From assembly GCA_051362555.1 (NCBI GenBank), contig CM120646.1, forward strand, positions 14,074,001 to 14,138,000: a DNA stretch of 64,000 nt, written 5' to 3'. The position numbers and the translations under genes are program-made. A model generated the notes under the pieces. The model was not told the origin of the DNA and ran no database searches. It saw only the letters and a list, made by a program, of their open reading frames with translations. Positions 33,601 through 47,253 of the stretch are shown in pieces (position 1 is the first letter of the stretch; the number at the start of each line of letters is the position of its first letter). This DNA comes from Lingula anatina (taxonomy: Eukaryota; Animalia; Brachiopoda).

Positions 33601-36600
33601 CGTTGCACAACAAGTACCTGTTATATCACGACACATTTGACAAGGCTTCACTTTTGTCAACGGACATGACGGATGTGCCAATCAAACGGTTGACTGCAGC
33701 AGTTCGTCAATGGGATATCGGATATCTTCACAGCGATTACACGTGGCTTTTTGTAATTGATGACCGGGTTTTAAGAGTTATGCAAAAGGAGGTGCGTTCA
33801 ATTCAAAGGACAATAGCAAAGGAAATGTTCCCTGCATGCAGCGATCTGTTTTATGAGATATTTGTCTTGAATTATTCAAAAACTATAGGTAACCTTCAGT
33901 GAGAGAGAAGTGTATAGAATAACAGCGCGTTTCAAATTTTTCGCAGGACAAAATTAAAATCTGGACGCTTTTTTTTTGGTTTTTCAAAGTGCACATGTTT
34001 ATCACTAAATTGGACAAATCACTTAAACGAGTATTAATGTTCTTCGGGTACAGCTGCGACTGCAATGACAAACTTTTAAGAACAATCCTCGCCAAAACCA
34101 TCTGCATTAAAACGGCAGATGTTACTTTGGTGTTACACTGTTTTTGTCAAACAAAAACAACAAGTCCCTTATATCCTTGAAAAGAAAACAGCGGAAAAAA
34201 AGCAGATGGGTTTAAAGCCACCTGGAATTTGTTTTACGGAAGTCTGAGTCTGCAACGTTTACTATCTTTTTATTGTAAAAAAAAAAAAAAAATAATAATA
34301 CTAAAAGAAAATATGTACGCGTTAAACTATTTTACGATATATGCCCACAACAGGAGACAATAGCTGCAGTGCGCGCATGCGCTGCATTCGAACTGTCAAG
34401 GAAAATATGACGCTTCGTAACAAACTTAACTGTTTTTTAAATAAATACAACGTTTTTGTAGTCTGTGACATATCTATACCATGTACACAGAATTCATGCT
34501 GTAAAAGAAGTGAAAAGAAGATATGAAATCGAAATCTCGCATGGAGGGTCAGAAAAAGTGAATTCTAAAAATTTCAATTTATGTGGTTGATGCAATGGCA
34601 TGGACATAGTGGCAGTGCGTATTTAAAAGAAACGCACAGGAAATGAAATCAGTCTGTTCAGCTGAAGTTTTTGCCCCCGAAATTTAACGCCTGTGCAATT
34701 TCAATTTGAGACTTTAAAGACCTAAGCAAACATCATTTGTGAGAAACTGAAATTAATACGTTTATTAAACAGTGTGCTGCTTTTACTTCATCTTCTTTTA
34801 ATTTTTCATTAACCCCTTTTCTTTTTCGTCTTTTTATTTTGAAAACTTAAAAAAAATTAATAAAGAAAAGAAAGAAGAGAAACATGTAGATCAAATATTT
34901 GAACACCTTGCTGAGGTCATCGGAAATCTAGGTTAAAGGTTTTTTCATTTCAACGTCTGTCTAGACAATATTCTATAACCATATATCTCGCACGCAAGTG
35001 TATACCGTTGACATACATGTATAAGCCTACGTATTCGTAGGCGGATAGAAGAGCGTCCACATGGGACATTTTTCCTCTTTTAACTTCCCTGATCAAATCC
35101 CTGACAGGCATGTCGAGCTAAACATGTTATGCAGTATATCACTTTGAACCCCCCCCCCCCAGAGGGGGGAGGGGGGGTCCCTGCCTCCGATATTTTAGTC
35201 CTTGGTCGCCCGATGACGTTAATTTTTCACTCGATACTGATAAAACGGTTTGCGACTGACGACACCTAAGTGTGATAAGTGATACGCTCGTTTCGCCTCG
35301 CATTCCCAAGCACAGAAGTGTATTGATTACGCCTGTGTTGCAGCGCACTAGGATCTAAAACAATTTTAATTGTGACAGTTAGGACAAATGGTCACAAATA
35401 AACTTGGTTCCTCAAGATGAACTGTAGCCGGTTTCACTTGTCATAGACAAGTCCAATATATCATTTTTATCTTCAATCGATAAAAGACTAAAATTTCGGC
35501 CGGAATTCTGCGCTAAAAGTTACGGACAGATTACGGGTTATGTTGCAAAACATGCCTCTGCAAGCATCGTCCCTAACCTGCTGATAGATTTCGATTTTAA
35601 AAATCTACTGCCTCTACATAAATTGACACCAAATATATATGGATAGTATGGAATGTATCATACATTGCTTTTTAGAGAACAAAACATCGGTCCCAAATTC
35701 AGGTTTACTCACCTCTCGGAAGTTTTACAGGACGGAATGCCTTCTCCCTTACTTCACCGTAGAACCGAAAATGTACCTTCCAGAAGGACCGAGTTGACAA
35801 AATAGACCTCTTCCGCCTCGAGCCCGTGCCGGGATAGGGTGGCATGCGGTTTTGAGATGCGGCATCCAAATACCTAAATATTTATACAATAATTCATGTA
35901 ATCGGGAAGGTTTATTAAACTTCGCAGCTGCAGGAAAGAAAATACCAGGTCCCTCTACATAAGCAAGCGAAACAAATAATTCTTTTATTCTTTAGTTTAC
36001 TTTCCTGTCCATTTCTCTCAACCTATTAAACTTAATATCCCAACCGACGTACACAATATTTGGCTATCATTTCCAATGAGAAGCAGACGATGACAGTTTC
36101 CCCTTTGTGTCGTCTGCTAACACCTGTGCGTGTGACAGGAGCGAGGTCGCAATACCCAGGGGGTGGAGAAGAGTGATGGGGTTTCCCGCCCTTTTTAAAA
36201 ACCAAGTGACAAAACTTATTTAACTGAGTTTTTAAGTCATTTGGCATTGTTGCTAAGCGTGTAGGAATTTTTCCATTTAGATGGCTTTTTTGTCTTGGTA
36301 GTGACAGACCCATATTTCCTTTATTTAGTCCTTTTTTCAATAATGACGGAAATGAAATATAAGTAGTTTATAAAGTTTTACAATTTACAATGATGACAGT
36401 AAATGAACACAGTCTCAAATATTTAAGATTTTAAGGGAAGCAAATTTCTAAAACTCCTGTTTTTTTTTTTTTTCATTAATAATATCAACCAGATATGACA
36501 ACGAAAATAAAACATTTCGAAAATGAAACAATTCAAAAAATAAACAAAAAAATATCCAATTCACAGCTCAAAAGCGGCAAATGATACATTTACTTCTGTA

Positions 36601-36892
36601 CAATTTTCTTTCAATTAACTTTTCAAATGCAGAATCATCTCCGATAACAATTATCTGTTATATATTGATTATATGTAAGTTGGCGTCACTCGATCCCCCA
36701 CCCTCTCCCTCGGAGGATGCCCCCCCATGCCCGTCCACCCCACCCTTCACACGGCCCCTTGATTGACAGCTGCCACCCCTGCCAAGGTGGTCATATCGCC
36801 ACAGCAGAGATTGCTATACCTGCTATTCTAAGGTGTGCTATGACACGGCCCAATCTATAAACTAATTATTGCGATACTTGACGGCCAAGCGT

Positions 36893-36953
36893 TGGACGGA
36901 GAGTGGACGTGAGAATGGACGTGTGAGTGGACGTATGAGTGGACGAGAGTGAC
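36893..36953 (+). repeat. Short minisatellite, ~12-bp unit (GAGTGGACGTNN) x5
   Basis: TGGACG at 36893, 36904, 36916, 36928 and 36940. Confidence 0.85.
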
Positions 36954-37039
36954 CACCCAAGAGCGTCGTTTCCCGTTTTCACCCACTTCGGAGTGACAGT
37001 GATTATACTGGAGCACAAACCGTGTCGCTGATGCGCGGA

Positions 37040-37090
<51 letters not shown>

Positions 37091-39802
37091 TGGCTTATCT
37101 TATCTATGTTACCCCCCCCCCCCCCACCCTAAAAAAAGACTAAAACGCACAAACCCGCCCCGGTACGCGCACGCACGCACGCACACACACACATACACAC
37201 ACACACACACACACACGTTCCCATTCCACCACGAACCTCAGTACATTGAGTCATACTTATTCACACACACGTACGGTATAGTACAGATGGTAGAGGAGAA
37301 GTGACGGACGTGAGACCGAGGACCTCATTGTCACCTGTGTTATTTAAGTAAATGTGTTCAACGCTCCCTGATGAATGGCAGTTCACACCTCAGGCCGCCT
37401 TACTCGCACCTCTTTCTCTCTGTCAATATTGATAGGTGTTAAATGTACATTTCCTTCAACAAACTGATTGACAGCTCGGAAATGTTACGCTATTTAGTGC
37501 AATCGTACACTTAAGGTAGTAGGAAAAAAGTGCATTGCTTGTTTTGCAGGGCACGGAGTTAAGAGTCGGTCATAAAGGAAGCGCGAGGCCCGGGGACTAT
37601 TTTCGTAAATGCGTAAAAGGGTGACATATAAACTACAAATAAACTAAAACTGCAATATTTTCTTCGTGCGGATTCCTCGGAGCCGAGCCTCTTAGGTGCA
37701 ATGTATTGATACAGTTTCATCAGGCAAACTAGACATGCCCGCAAAACATGGTAACATATGGGATTTTCTGTTAAACAATTTATACCGTATAATTTGTGAG
37801 TAACTTCGTACAGGCGAACAAAAGTGTGAAAAAAATTAAAGAGTTGGAGACAAACGTACGTGCGTGTATGTTTTTGTCCAATTTTATACCCAATTCAACA
37901 TAACAGACCAAACGAAAGAGTGACGAATTACAGCAGTGTCTTACGTAGTCTAAGATGCATATTATGCTGTCTTTATTTAAGGAGAAACGAAAAAATATCC
38001 GGATAGCAAATCTATTCCAATAATATTCGAGCAAATGTACGAGAGAGAGAGAGAGAGAGAGAGACTAGTCAGTGTTTGTTTGTTAACGAAAATTGTTATG
38101 ATTGCTGTCCTTGAAGGACAAAGAAAACAAGTGCAGGAAGACAAATAAAACAATGGGATTACGTGTCCTGCAGGACTACTTGTCAAGGTAAATTAAAGCA
38201 TTGTCACAATGTAAAATAACAGTCCGTCGGACGTCATAGCCCGTTATGGTGTGATTGGAACGTTCCATAGCCAGACCGTCGTACTCAGACTGTTCTTTTA
38301 AACCCTGAAGATTAAATACTTATTTTAGGGGATTAATATATATTTCAGAACTTAAAAATATTGCCTTTCCCCCTTTATGGGGTTTGGCAATGATATATAA
38401 ACACTGAAAATTGATCGTTTTAAGGAAAATAAATAAAAATGGTTGAAGCACGACAGTGCAGGAACGATAGTTGCAAATACCTCCTTTTACTTGAAATTCA
38501 ACACAGCTTTTATGGCCTTCATGTTTAACTGCTTAATTATCACCATATCTCACCAATTAGGATCAAAGAGTGTCGACAAAGGCCATAAAAGATAACTTTC
38601 AACTTCAATTTTACTTTTTCACGACGGTCCGAAGACGGCGACGTTCTGAGACCGTGACGCAGGTCTCGTCGTCGTTCCCATTCCCAACTGTCAACCCTGG
38701 GAAAATATTGACTCTGCTTGCTTCTGATTGGAGTATCCTTCAAGCCTGAAGTGGCAGCTTTGCGGCAGGCAGAGTAGCGAGTTCAACAAGATGGCAGTGG
38801 TTAGAGTGTTTATCTCTCAACAGAACGAGACCATTATACTTTTACAGCTACAGTTTGAGACAGAAAAAATGTCCGAAAATGGGGTTCGGTTCTTTTAGAG
38901 ACGATGAGAAGTTTACAGTTACAATGTTTCATTTATTGTATTAAAACAAATATTGAAACAACGTTTTTCCTTCTTAGGATTAAAGAGCAGACGTCATAAT
39001 CGTTAAATGGTTTCCTTTAGAGAAAATTTGTACTACATGTTAGAAATACAGATTAATCAATTAGTGTCCTTGTTGAGAAATTTAAGGTTAACTCGATTGT
39101 TTAATTTTTTTGAAAAAAACCTAAGGTAAACATAACAGTTAAATTTTTTCGCGAAATGTCATTAACTGTATTCGAATGTTTCACTTCTCCCTTTATATTG
39201 ACAACAGGGATACGCACACGCCTCTGAATAAGAATATCATGAGAGAGATACTAAAATATTTTGTCGAGACTTTCATAATATTAAAATTTCAGTCATCATT
39301 TAGATTCTCAATTTTAATATATATTCGATCTTCTAAAGATGTTGGTATCCACGGTTAAACAAAAAGGAAACGATTTAAAGAGGTTGGAAAATGTTCTGGA
39401 AATATAACTTTGAATGGTGCATCTACGAAACAAAGGTTTTTGATATTTCATTGTTCATTGAATGTGTTTTACGAAATCATCTACATATCATTTCACTGAC
39501 CTTTGCATGAATATTATCCAGTACTTCTTTAAGAATCATCATCAAGCAGAAAGCGCATACAATTCCTATATGTTTATTGTGTTGTATTGGAATGACCTCC
39601 AAGCATGCCTTTACCATAGGCTTTATAAAAATTATTCCAACAAAAACGGCAAAATATAAATAGTATTTTAGGCTCATTTTATTATTATTACTATTATTAT
39701 TATTTTATCTTATTTCAGTCTTTTAAAATTCAAAATTAAACAGCAATCGGATTAGAATCCGTGGCTTTGGAGAATTGGCCGAGTAATTTAAATGCCACCC
39801 TG

Positions 39803-40168
39803 CTTAGTCACTAGCTACCCTACTACTGTAGATTGAAAGTTCCCTTGCTATAAGCCAGCTATGTTATTAGTTAGCTGGTCAGCAAATGAATTTTGCTAGT
39901 CTGCTTCATGTAGCTAGTATTCTAGCTAGTTAGTTAGGTTGTTAGGCAACAAGCTGGTGCAGAGGCTGCTTAGCAAGCAAGCTAGTCAACTAGCTGGTAA
40001 ACTAGCCTTTCAACTAGTAGCTAATTCGTCAATGTACTAGCTGGCACACTAAGCAACAAATTGTTACGTTGGTCACTTAACAAGCAAGGAAGTTGGTAAA
40101 CGCTAGTCAGCTTATAAGGTCACCACGAAGGAGGACAAGGAGGAAGACATGTTGCTAGCAAGCTAGAA
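39803..40168. repeat. Degenerate CTAG/GCTA-rich low-complexity tract
   Basis: Dense ctag/tagc/gcta/gcaa tetramers, far denser than in the flanks. Confidence 0.65.
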
Positions 40169-41986
40169 AGAATATCTACGCGAAAAAATGGACCATATCA
40201 ATATTTGACTCAGTCTGTGGGCGAACTAGCAAACGCGGTTTCGATGCAGATTTAAAAAAAACTAATAAATGATTTAAAGAAAATGATATTACTGTGAATC
40301 AGATGAAAATAACCAAGCAATACAGAAGGTTTGTTTATAATTGTAAAATTGAAAACAATTACGGTGCTATTGTCCAATAAATGACATTCTTTCTGTTTAT
40401 ATCGGATCCTAAAAGGCTGAAAACTTCAAGCTAGGCGTATGTGCCAAGGCTTTTCAAAAGCAAATCGATGAGTGTTTGAAGTTTTAAAGAGGCTTTTTTA
40501 TTTGCTCTCAAAATGTCTTTTTGAGTTGTTGGCTGATCTCTAAAATAAACCTTAAAAAATGTTTTCGTTTTCGACTTATAAGTGATCTACTGAAGTGCGT
40601 TTTAAAAATACTTAGCTCAAGACGCGAAACAGTCGAAACAGTTACGAGTTGCAAAGTTGAAGGGGCGTCGTAATCCCAAGGGCAAACGGGATTAAACGTC
40701 ATTTACATATACTTCAGTTATGAAGTAAAAAGGCGACATGCCATTTAATTTGAAGAGTTTGGAGCTTACATTTTCGAGAGTGATTTTCTATTAAGTAGTC
40801 CTTACATTTTTAGGATCTTCGAAAGTAAACCAATTTGTGACACAAATAGCAGATTAAGGTAAATCAACAGAATTAGCACCTGTTCTTTCCGCTCATACAT
40901 GTTTTTTTCTTCAAAGCATTTCCACTCCCTTTCTACAAAGTAAAATGTAAAATATTAGTCAAAGAATTTGACGCATATATTTTGCTTCTCGTTTTCAAAG
41001 TAAAAAAAAAAAAAAATGCCCAGACAGTGTCAGCGATCTTTTCTTTATATTGTTTTGACATCACACCTATATTATATGCATATAGGATTAAAATAAATAG
41101 TTCGACTGAATCAACTCGACATCTCACTTTGAAAAACAGGGTTACTATTGAGCCCTGTTTCCGCGAAAGCACCATTCACGTGTTCAAGGTCAATGAATGG
41201 TGGATCGAAACGTTGTGTTTGAGTTTCATTAGTTGGTGTATTAGTTTAGATAAACGACTTTGTCATTTTTTTACTATATAGGCCTGCAACTTTTCCAGCA
41301 ATAAGAATATGAACTGCCCAAGATGCGAATATGGCAGTGGTATCTAAATATGGGGTTTTATTATGTAAACGACAATACGTTTGCCAGTAAAAGATCATTG
41401 AAGCAATTATTTTTTTTCTTAACAATTCAGGTTGAACCTGACCAACTATTCAAGGATAAACTTTCTCTAACAGCAACATGATCAGAGGTGAATATCTACA
41501 GTATATGCTGCATTTATCATTTATCCATAAGCCGACAAATTGTCTCAATGTTTCACCATCAACGTGGATGTCAAAATGCTATTTGATCGTTTAGAAACAA
41601 AATACCCTCACTGTGTTTGTTGCGCCAGCCGGTAGCCTCTCGCCTATCGCAATTTCTTTTTTTTTTTTTTTTTTTTTTTTTTTTGGGGGGGGGGGGGGGG
41701 CAGCCCTCAAAATTTAATCTTCAAATATCATTCATAAGCGCTCTCTTAACATGAAGCAACATTGCACCCCGGTTTTTTTAAAAAATGATAACTCCGAGCT
41801 CCACAAACTGAGTTGCGTTTGGTCCAGAGAGATTAACGGACGATTGAACACAATTCTATTGTGACAATATGTAATTCTTAACAGGCAGCTAGTCTCCTTT
41901 ATAAAGGGCTTCTGGCTATAACCAATAAGTTGCAGGAATCTCTTCAACTTCTTGCTATAACGAAGTAACCTTTACATCGTACAATT

Positions 41987-42135
41987 GAACTTAAACCTTA
42001 AAAGTTGCAGTTTTAACTTATTGCCATTCTTGGAGTATAGGCCACCAACGAGTATAGGCCACCTTCCCCGTTTTGTGCTGTGTGTCTGGTTGTTTCCAGT
42101 TCATCCCAAGTCTCCTTCTTTGGATGTTTCTCCAT
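41987..42135 (-). mobile_element. 3' remnant of an RTE-clade LINE
   Basis: The minus strand reads ETWDELETTRHTAQN...LVGGLYS followed by a degenerate taag tail, resembling RTE ORF C-termini (W.ELE..AQDR..W..LVGGLCS); internal duplication of gagtataggccacc. Confidence 0.55.
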
Positions 42136-44227
42136 GTAAATTATTGTAATACATTGTGTCAGCTGTATCGGTTGCTGCCATAGCGATCACCAGTCGCCCA
42201 TAGCACAATCTGAACAACGACGAGGCCAACTGCTACATTCAAAGCAGTGGTGTGTCACCATTTCACATACCATATTTTAAAGAAACAAATGATACAGGAG
42301 CTGGCGATTTCTGAAACAGCCCGTACCCTAAAGCGACAAGAGCAGGGGTTGATTTCACATGACTGAGCTAACAATTCAGAATTTTTTATTCTTTAAATAG
42401 AAATATCAGGTGTGTGTGTGTCTGACATTTCCTGTAATTAATAATGACACAATTTGCATCTATCATAATTTAACAATAATCCTCCGAGAAATCATTTGCG
42501 CACACAGGCAAAAAGTACGATCGATCACTCATCGACAGTAGAAGTAATCCCTCAATTTGCATTACTCTCAATCCATAGATTTATGAATATAACCACCTTT
42601 GTTGACCGTCGATTCAGAACAAACATTTACAGCAATAAAAATTAAGTCCTCATAAGGTGTTTGGAACTTGAAGTATTTTTACTTTGGAATTTATCAATAC
42701 TTGTGTAAGTTGTGTAGTACAGTACATGTGGTTACTTGAAAAAAAAAAAAAAAGAAAAACACAGTACCAGTTGGTTATGCACATCTTTTACACCTTCAAT
42801 TCTAACAGTTCTCAAATATCCGTATATGAGGTACATTATATCGTTGTCCCCACTTGGCATTATTGATCAGAGTGTGAGAAAGGCGGACATGAACTTTTAT
42901 GCCCTTGCTTAAATAGGCCTTTGGGATGTTAATTCGTGCTCTACACATGGTCTGCGCTTTCGTAATGATGCATTTTAAATTCGAAGTTTTAGTTCTGTGA
43001 ACCGGTCACAATCTGTCAATCGAGCATGTCCTGTTTGCAAACTCAAAAAAAAAAAAAATAAATAAACAAACAAACAGATAGATAAATAATTCGAAAAATG
43101 AATAAATAAATCGATAGACAAACAAATAAATAAATTGGCAAAATGAGACCAAGTTTTCTTAGTTCTTAGTTCTCTTCTCGCCGAATAGGTAACGTTTTAA
43201 GTGATATCTGTTTCAAAAGCATAGAGACACAACAATGAATCTGGTTAGAATGGCAGTTATTAAAGTGATAATAACTCTTCGTTTCGGCCAAAAAATGAAT
43301 TTTCCTGGAGTAAACAACAATTTTCCCATACTTAGCAATGGTTAATGAATCCATTTTTACATTCAAAGTTAGTCCCTGGTTTTTTTCTAAAAAGTTTGGT
43401 TTTTTGTTAAAATCTCTTAAGAGATTTTAACATAGTATAGCCATCAATGGAGGTCACGTGGTCAAAAGACAAGCTCAGATATCAGAATAATAGCTATAAC
43501 AGCCGTTTTTGTGGGAAAACAGAATATATTATATTTTTATGAGTCACTCACAATGTTTTTATTGTGAAATACAGATTTCATACGAAGAGTTATTATCCCT
43601 TTAATATTACTGCACGCATATCCGTTAGGAAGTTGTTAATCATTGTCAATGCGTATGGCAAGACGTTATATACTGTACACGCATGATATAATGCCTATCC
43701 AGTCTAAATACAGTCTTACCCCCTAACTATAAGTCCTTTAAATCTTCCCAGAGTAATCTTGAAAATGAAATAGTGTGTCTGAGGAGATGGCGTTCGTGAT
43801 TTCACACAAAAACACTCGTTCTTTAAATATTTGCGTTAATGAAATTTTGAATGTACCAAGTTTGTAACAGCGCTACGAACCGCTCCTAGACCGGCCGATT
43901 ACGTGCAAAATGACATCCTTTCTGACGTAATAAGTGGGGCAATAATTCACTTCTTTGCTTAACAAGTCTTAAATCCCCATCAAGTGACTGACAAATATTT
44001 GTCTTTTGAAGGTCTCTTTAATATTAAATCGATATCGAAGTAAGTGTGGACAGGCACATAAAAGTGGGGTGTCAGAGGAGAAAAAAAAAAGAGAGAAGAA
44101 AACGATGCCATCATTTAAAGATTGACGTGGCAATACAGTACAACTGCATTTTATACACGAATTAGTAAATGATAAGATGGACAAAAAGATATATAATCTG
44201 CAGGCAAAGGTCACAATGAGATTGTCG

Positions 44228-44228
44228 A

Positions 44229-44275
<47 letters not shown>

Positions 44276-44276
44276 A
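44228..44276. repeat. (TAAA)n microsatellite
   Basis: About 12 perfect units. Confidence 0.95.
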
Positions 44277-46807
44277 TATAATTTTTAGGTCAGGTCATGA
44301 GGACTGCTCAATATCTTTGTTCAATTTGGGCAATCTGTACACATGAGACTGATCCATTTAATATTGAAAATTCAGTCTTAATGTTTTTTTTCCGCAATAG
44401 GCCACATGGTTTGAATATATATTCTTGGCATAGCCAGGTAGTTTGCCCATTGTTTCTAAATAAGTAAGCGTTTCAGCCTTTTTGTTATAAACATATCCAA
44501 GTTGACAGTTTACCTAATTTCCATACTTTAGACCCGTTTTTGTTTAAACAAGAATGCAGGCGAATAAATCATTGCCTCAGACTTTAACTGAATTGCGAAT
44601 GCACATTGCATGATTCTCGTCCAAACATGCGGTTCACGTGCTGGACAAAATACGTAGACAACAAAGATATTCTGTTTAGAGGACATCAAAAGAAAAAGAT
44701 CAACTGAAAGAAAACAGACTGATCAGTAATGCACAAACGATTTTCTCCTTAATTAGAAGTTTCTACCCTGGACTAAATGGAGGCAGCATTAAAACCGGAT
44801 TTACTCAAAAACGGAATAGATTCATTGACGATCAAATCACAAAAAGCACCCCACCCCTTCCCATAGCACCTTAAAAAGTTGAATCCCAGGTGAATTCTGG
44901 TCGGCTGATGACGTAATAGAGCCTATACCCAATCTAACAACGTTTGGTTGTGAACTGTGACTGAAGTATCTCAAGCTTAAGGAAGCAAATGGAGCAAATA
45001 ACAAAGCTGAATACTGCTACCTGAAACGTTTGTTTCTGGATGTGTGCCATAATGCTCTATTAGGTTAAAGCACAACAAGAAAATCCGTACCTGTGAAAAG
45101 TTTCGGCACATGGATTTTCTTTTTTTTCCTCCAGATTTAAAGTCACTAATTGGCAGGGTTTCATCGGTATCACACGAAACTGTGTTGAAACAATTGGCAT
45201 CATAATCATTTTTATAAATGAGTTTCTTGCTGGCTTTCTTTAACTTAATATGGGTTAATTTAACTAAATCTACATGTACATGTGACTGATAATACAATTC
45301 AATGATCTGTTTTAGATGACATAAGACCAAAAGATTGCTTTGAGAAAATGAAAAATATGTACTTCACACCCTGTGTTGATTTTCACCGTGACATTTTATT
45401 TTGCAGCTTCAGGCAACTCTCAAGGGAAAACAACAATTTTAAACAAGTTTCTTGGCAAACGTATAAGGTACGAAAAAGTCTGCTGCCTCCGTCTGGCAAA
45501 TCAAGTAATCAGTTTTTGCAATCTGTTTCTGAGAGTCGTAACCTTGGTACTTAAACAACGCGCCTGTTTCCAGACTTTCATGGCAACTTAAGGTACGAGC
45601 AAGCATTTTTTCTGTGCTCCAAAGATTTAATAGACATATCGTTTACATAAGTCTTTTGACGACAGACGATTGAGCTAGCTGATAATGAAGAAAGGGCATC
45701 GATGAAAAACTTAAGTGGTAACTCAAATACAAAATATCTGCAGCAGAATGATTGACGGGAGAAAACAAAGAACGCCTTCAGTGTAGGGAGAGAGGGAAAA
45801 CACGAATAAATAAAATAATAACAAAATAACATTTTAGAGTAAGCGAGACTTTAAGTCGAAAAATTAATAAGCACGTTTCTCTACAGCTGGTCGGATGACT
45901 TGAACCCAATAATCTGATTGTTTTTATACCACCCAACAACATCCTCTGGGTCTCCCCTAAATTCGCGCACATAATCAACAGTCCGATTAACCGTCATACA
46001 TTCACCTTTGGGTTTTGCTTAAAAAATAGTCCTGTAACCGGTTATATCGTATTTAGCGTCTCAATGAGTAGCAAAGTGACAGGAATACGCAAAAGTCGTA
46101 TCCCGACACTCCTACCGTCGGCACGAACCCGTTGAGAAGCGCGTTCTCGTTAGTCTGCCCCCTTTCAGAGAGGGTCTTTTGCCGTGGTGGTGTCGTCATT
46201 CCTTCTGAGGAGATACCTCTACACATTTTGCATTCGGCTTAAGGTGAGACTGCCAATTTTTCTTGCACCAGCGCAGGGTGGATTGCTCTATCAGACCCCT
46301 ACAACGCTTTTCTGGAACATTTGGGAGGGATTTCAGTTTGTTTGATTCCATCAAGGGCTGACTGTCTACTCTTCCTGCTTGGAGGCGGCAGGGCGGAGAC
46401 AGAGAGGTGCTTTAACGAGCAGAACTGTGACATTTAGCGACACGGGACTAGTGTAAACTTTTGATGTCTACCATCACACCTGGGTTCGGAGATAGCGTGC
46501 GCTATACAAAGTTTCAAGGGCTTTGCGAGTCAGGTAGGTCTGTACATGTAGTTGCTGCACTGTCGTGTACCGAGTGCCCTAAAGCGTGGCGTGCTTCAGT
46601 GGTTTGGCATCATTTCAATATCAAAACACTAAAAAAAAAAATGTAAATCCATATTTTTTGGGATGTCTACATGTGAGTCCAGCACTTCCAGATTTATCTC
46701 TCCCTTTGTCTTTCTCTCATTCTTTCTTGCCCTCTCGTTTTCTCTCTTTCGTTCTCTCTATCCCTCTCGTTTTTCCTCTCGTACACACACACACACACAC
46801 ACACTCT

Positions 46808-46850
<43 letters not shown>

Positions 46851-47207
46851 TCTCTCTTTTACGTACAGGATCCATTTCTTAGCCCTGCAGGTTGCCTAGT
46901 TATGGGAATTTGACTACCGTTGTCGAACTAAAAACAGATGCTGATACATCTGAGGTGCATCTAGCATAAATAATATGGCCCCTATGTCAAGATATATGAA
47001 AGTACTGCGCCCACCTGACGTTTATCAATGTAAATAGGTTGAATAAATTCTGTTTTCGCATGGTCTGATATGTATTTTGCGTGTGGGAAGTGCACTTGTA
47101 ATACGGTGAACATTTATGTATATCATCTCTTGTAAATTGGCAAAAGGTGAGAATCAAAAATTACACATAATTGCGTTTGGGATGTTTCAAAGAATGCTTA
47201 TTATGTG

Positions 47208-47253
<46 letters not shown>

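Noticed and set aside
36893-36953. CRISPR-like repeat/spacer array
   Set aside because: Units are only ~12 bp with no unique spacers and no cas genes, in a eukaryotic context.
38720-38815. tRNA gene or tRNA-derived SINE suggested by tggcagtggttagagtg
   Set aside because: No B-box at a suitable distance and no cloverleaf. I found no convincing tRNA, rRNA or snRNA anywhere in the window.
41657-41700. Poly-T followed by poly-G, and G-runs at ~62432-62532, as G-quadruplex elements
   Set aside because: Homopolymers are common here and error-prone in assembly; there is no independent support.
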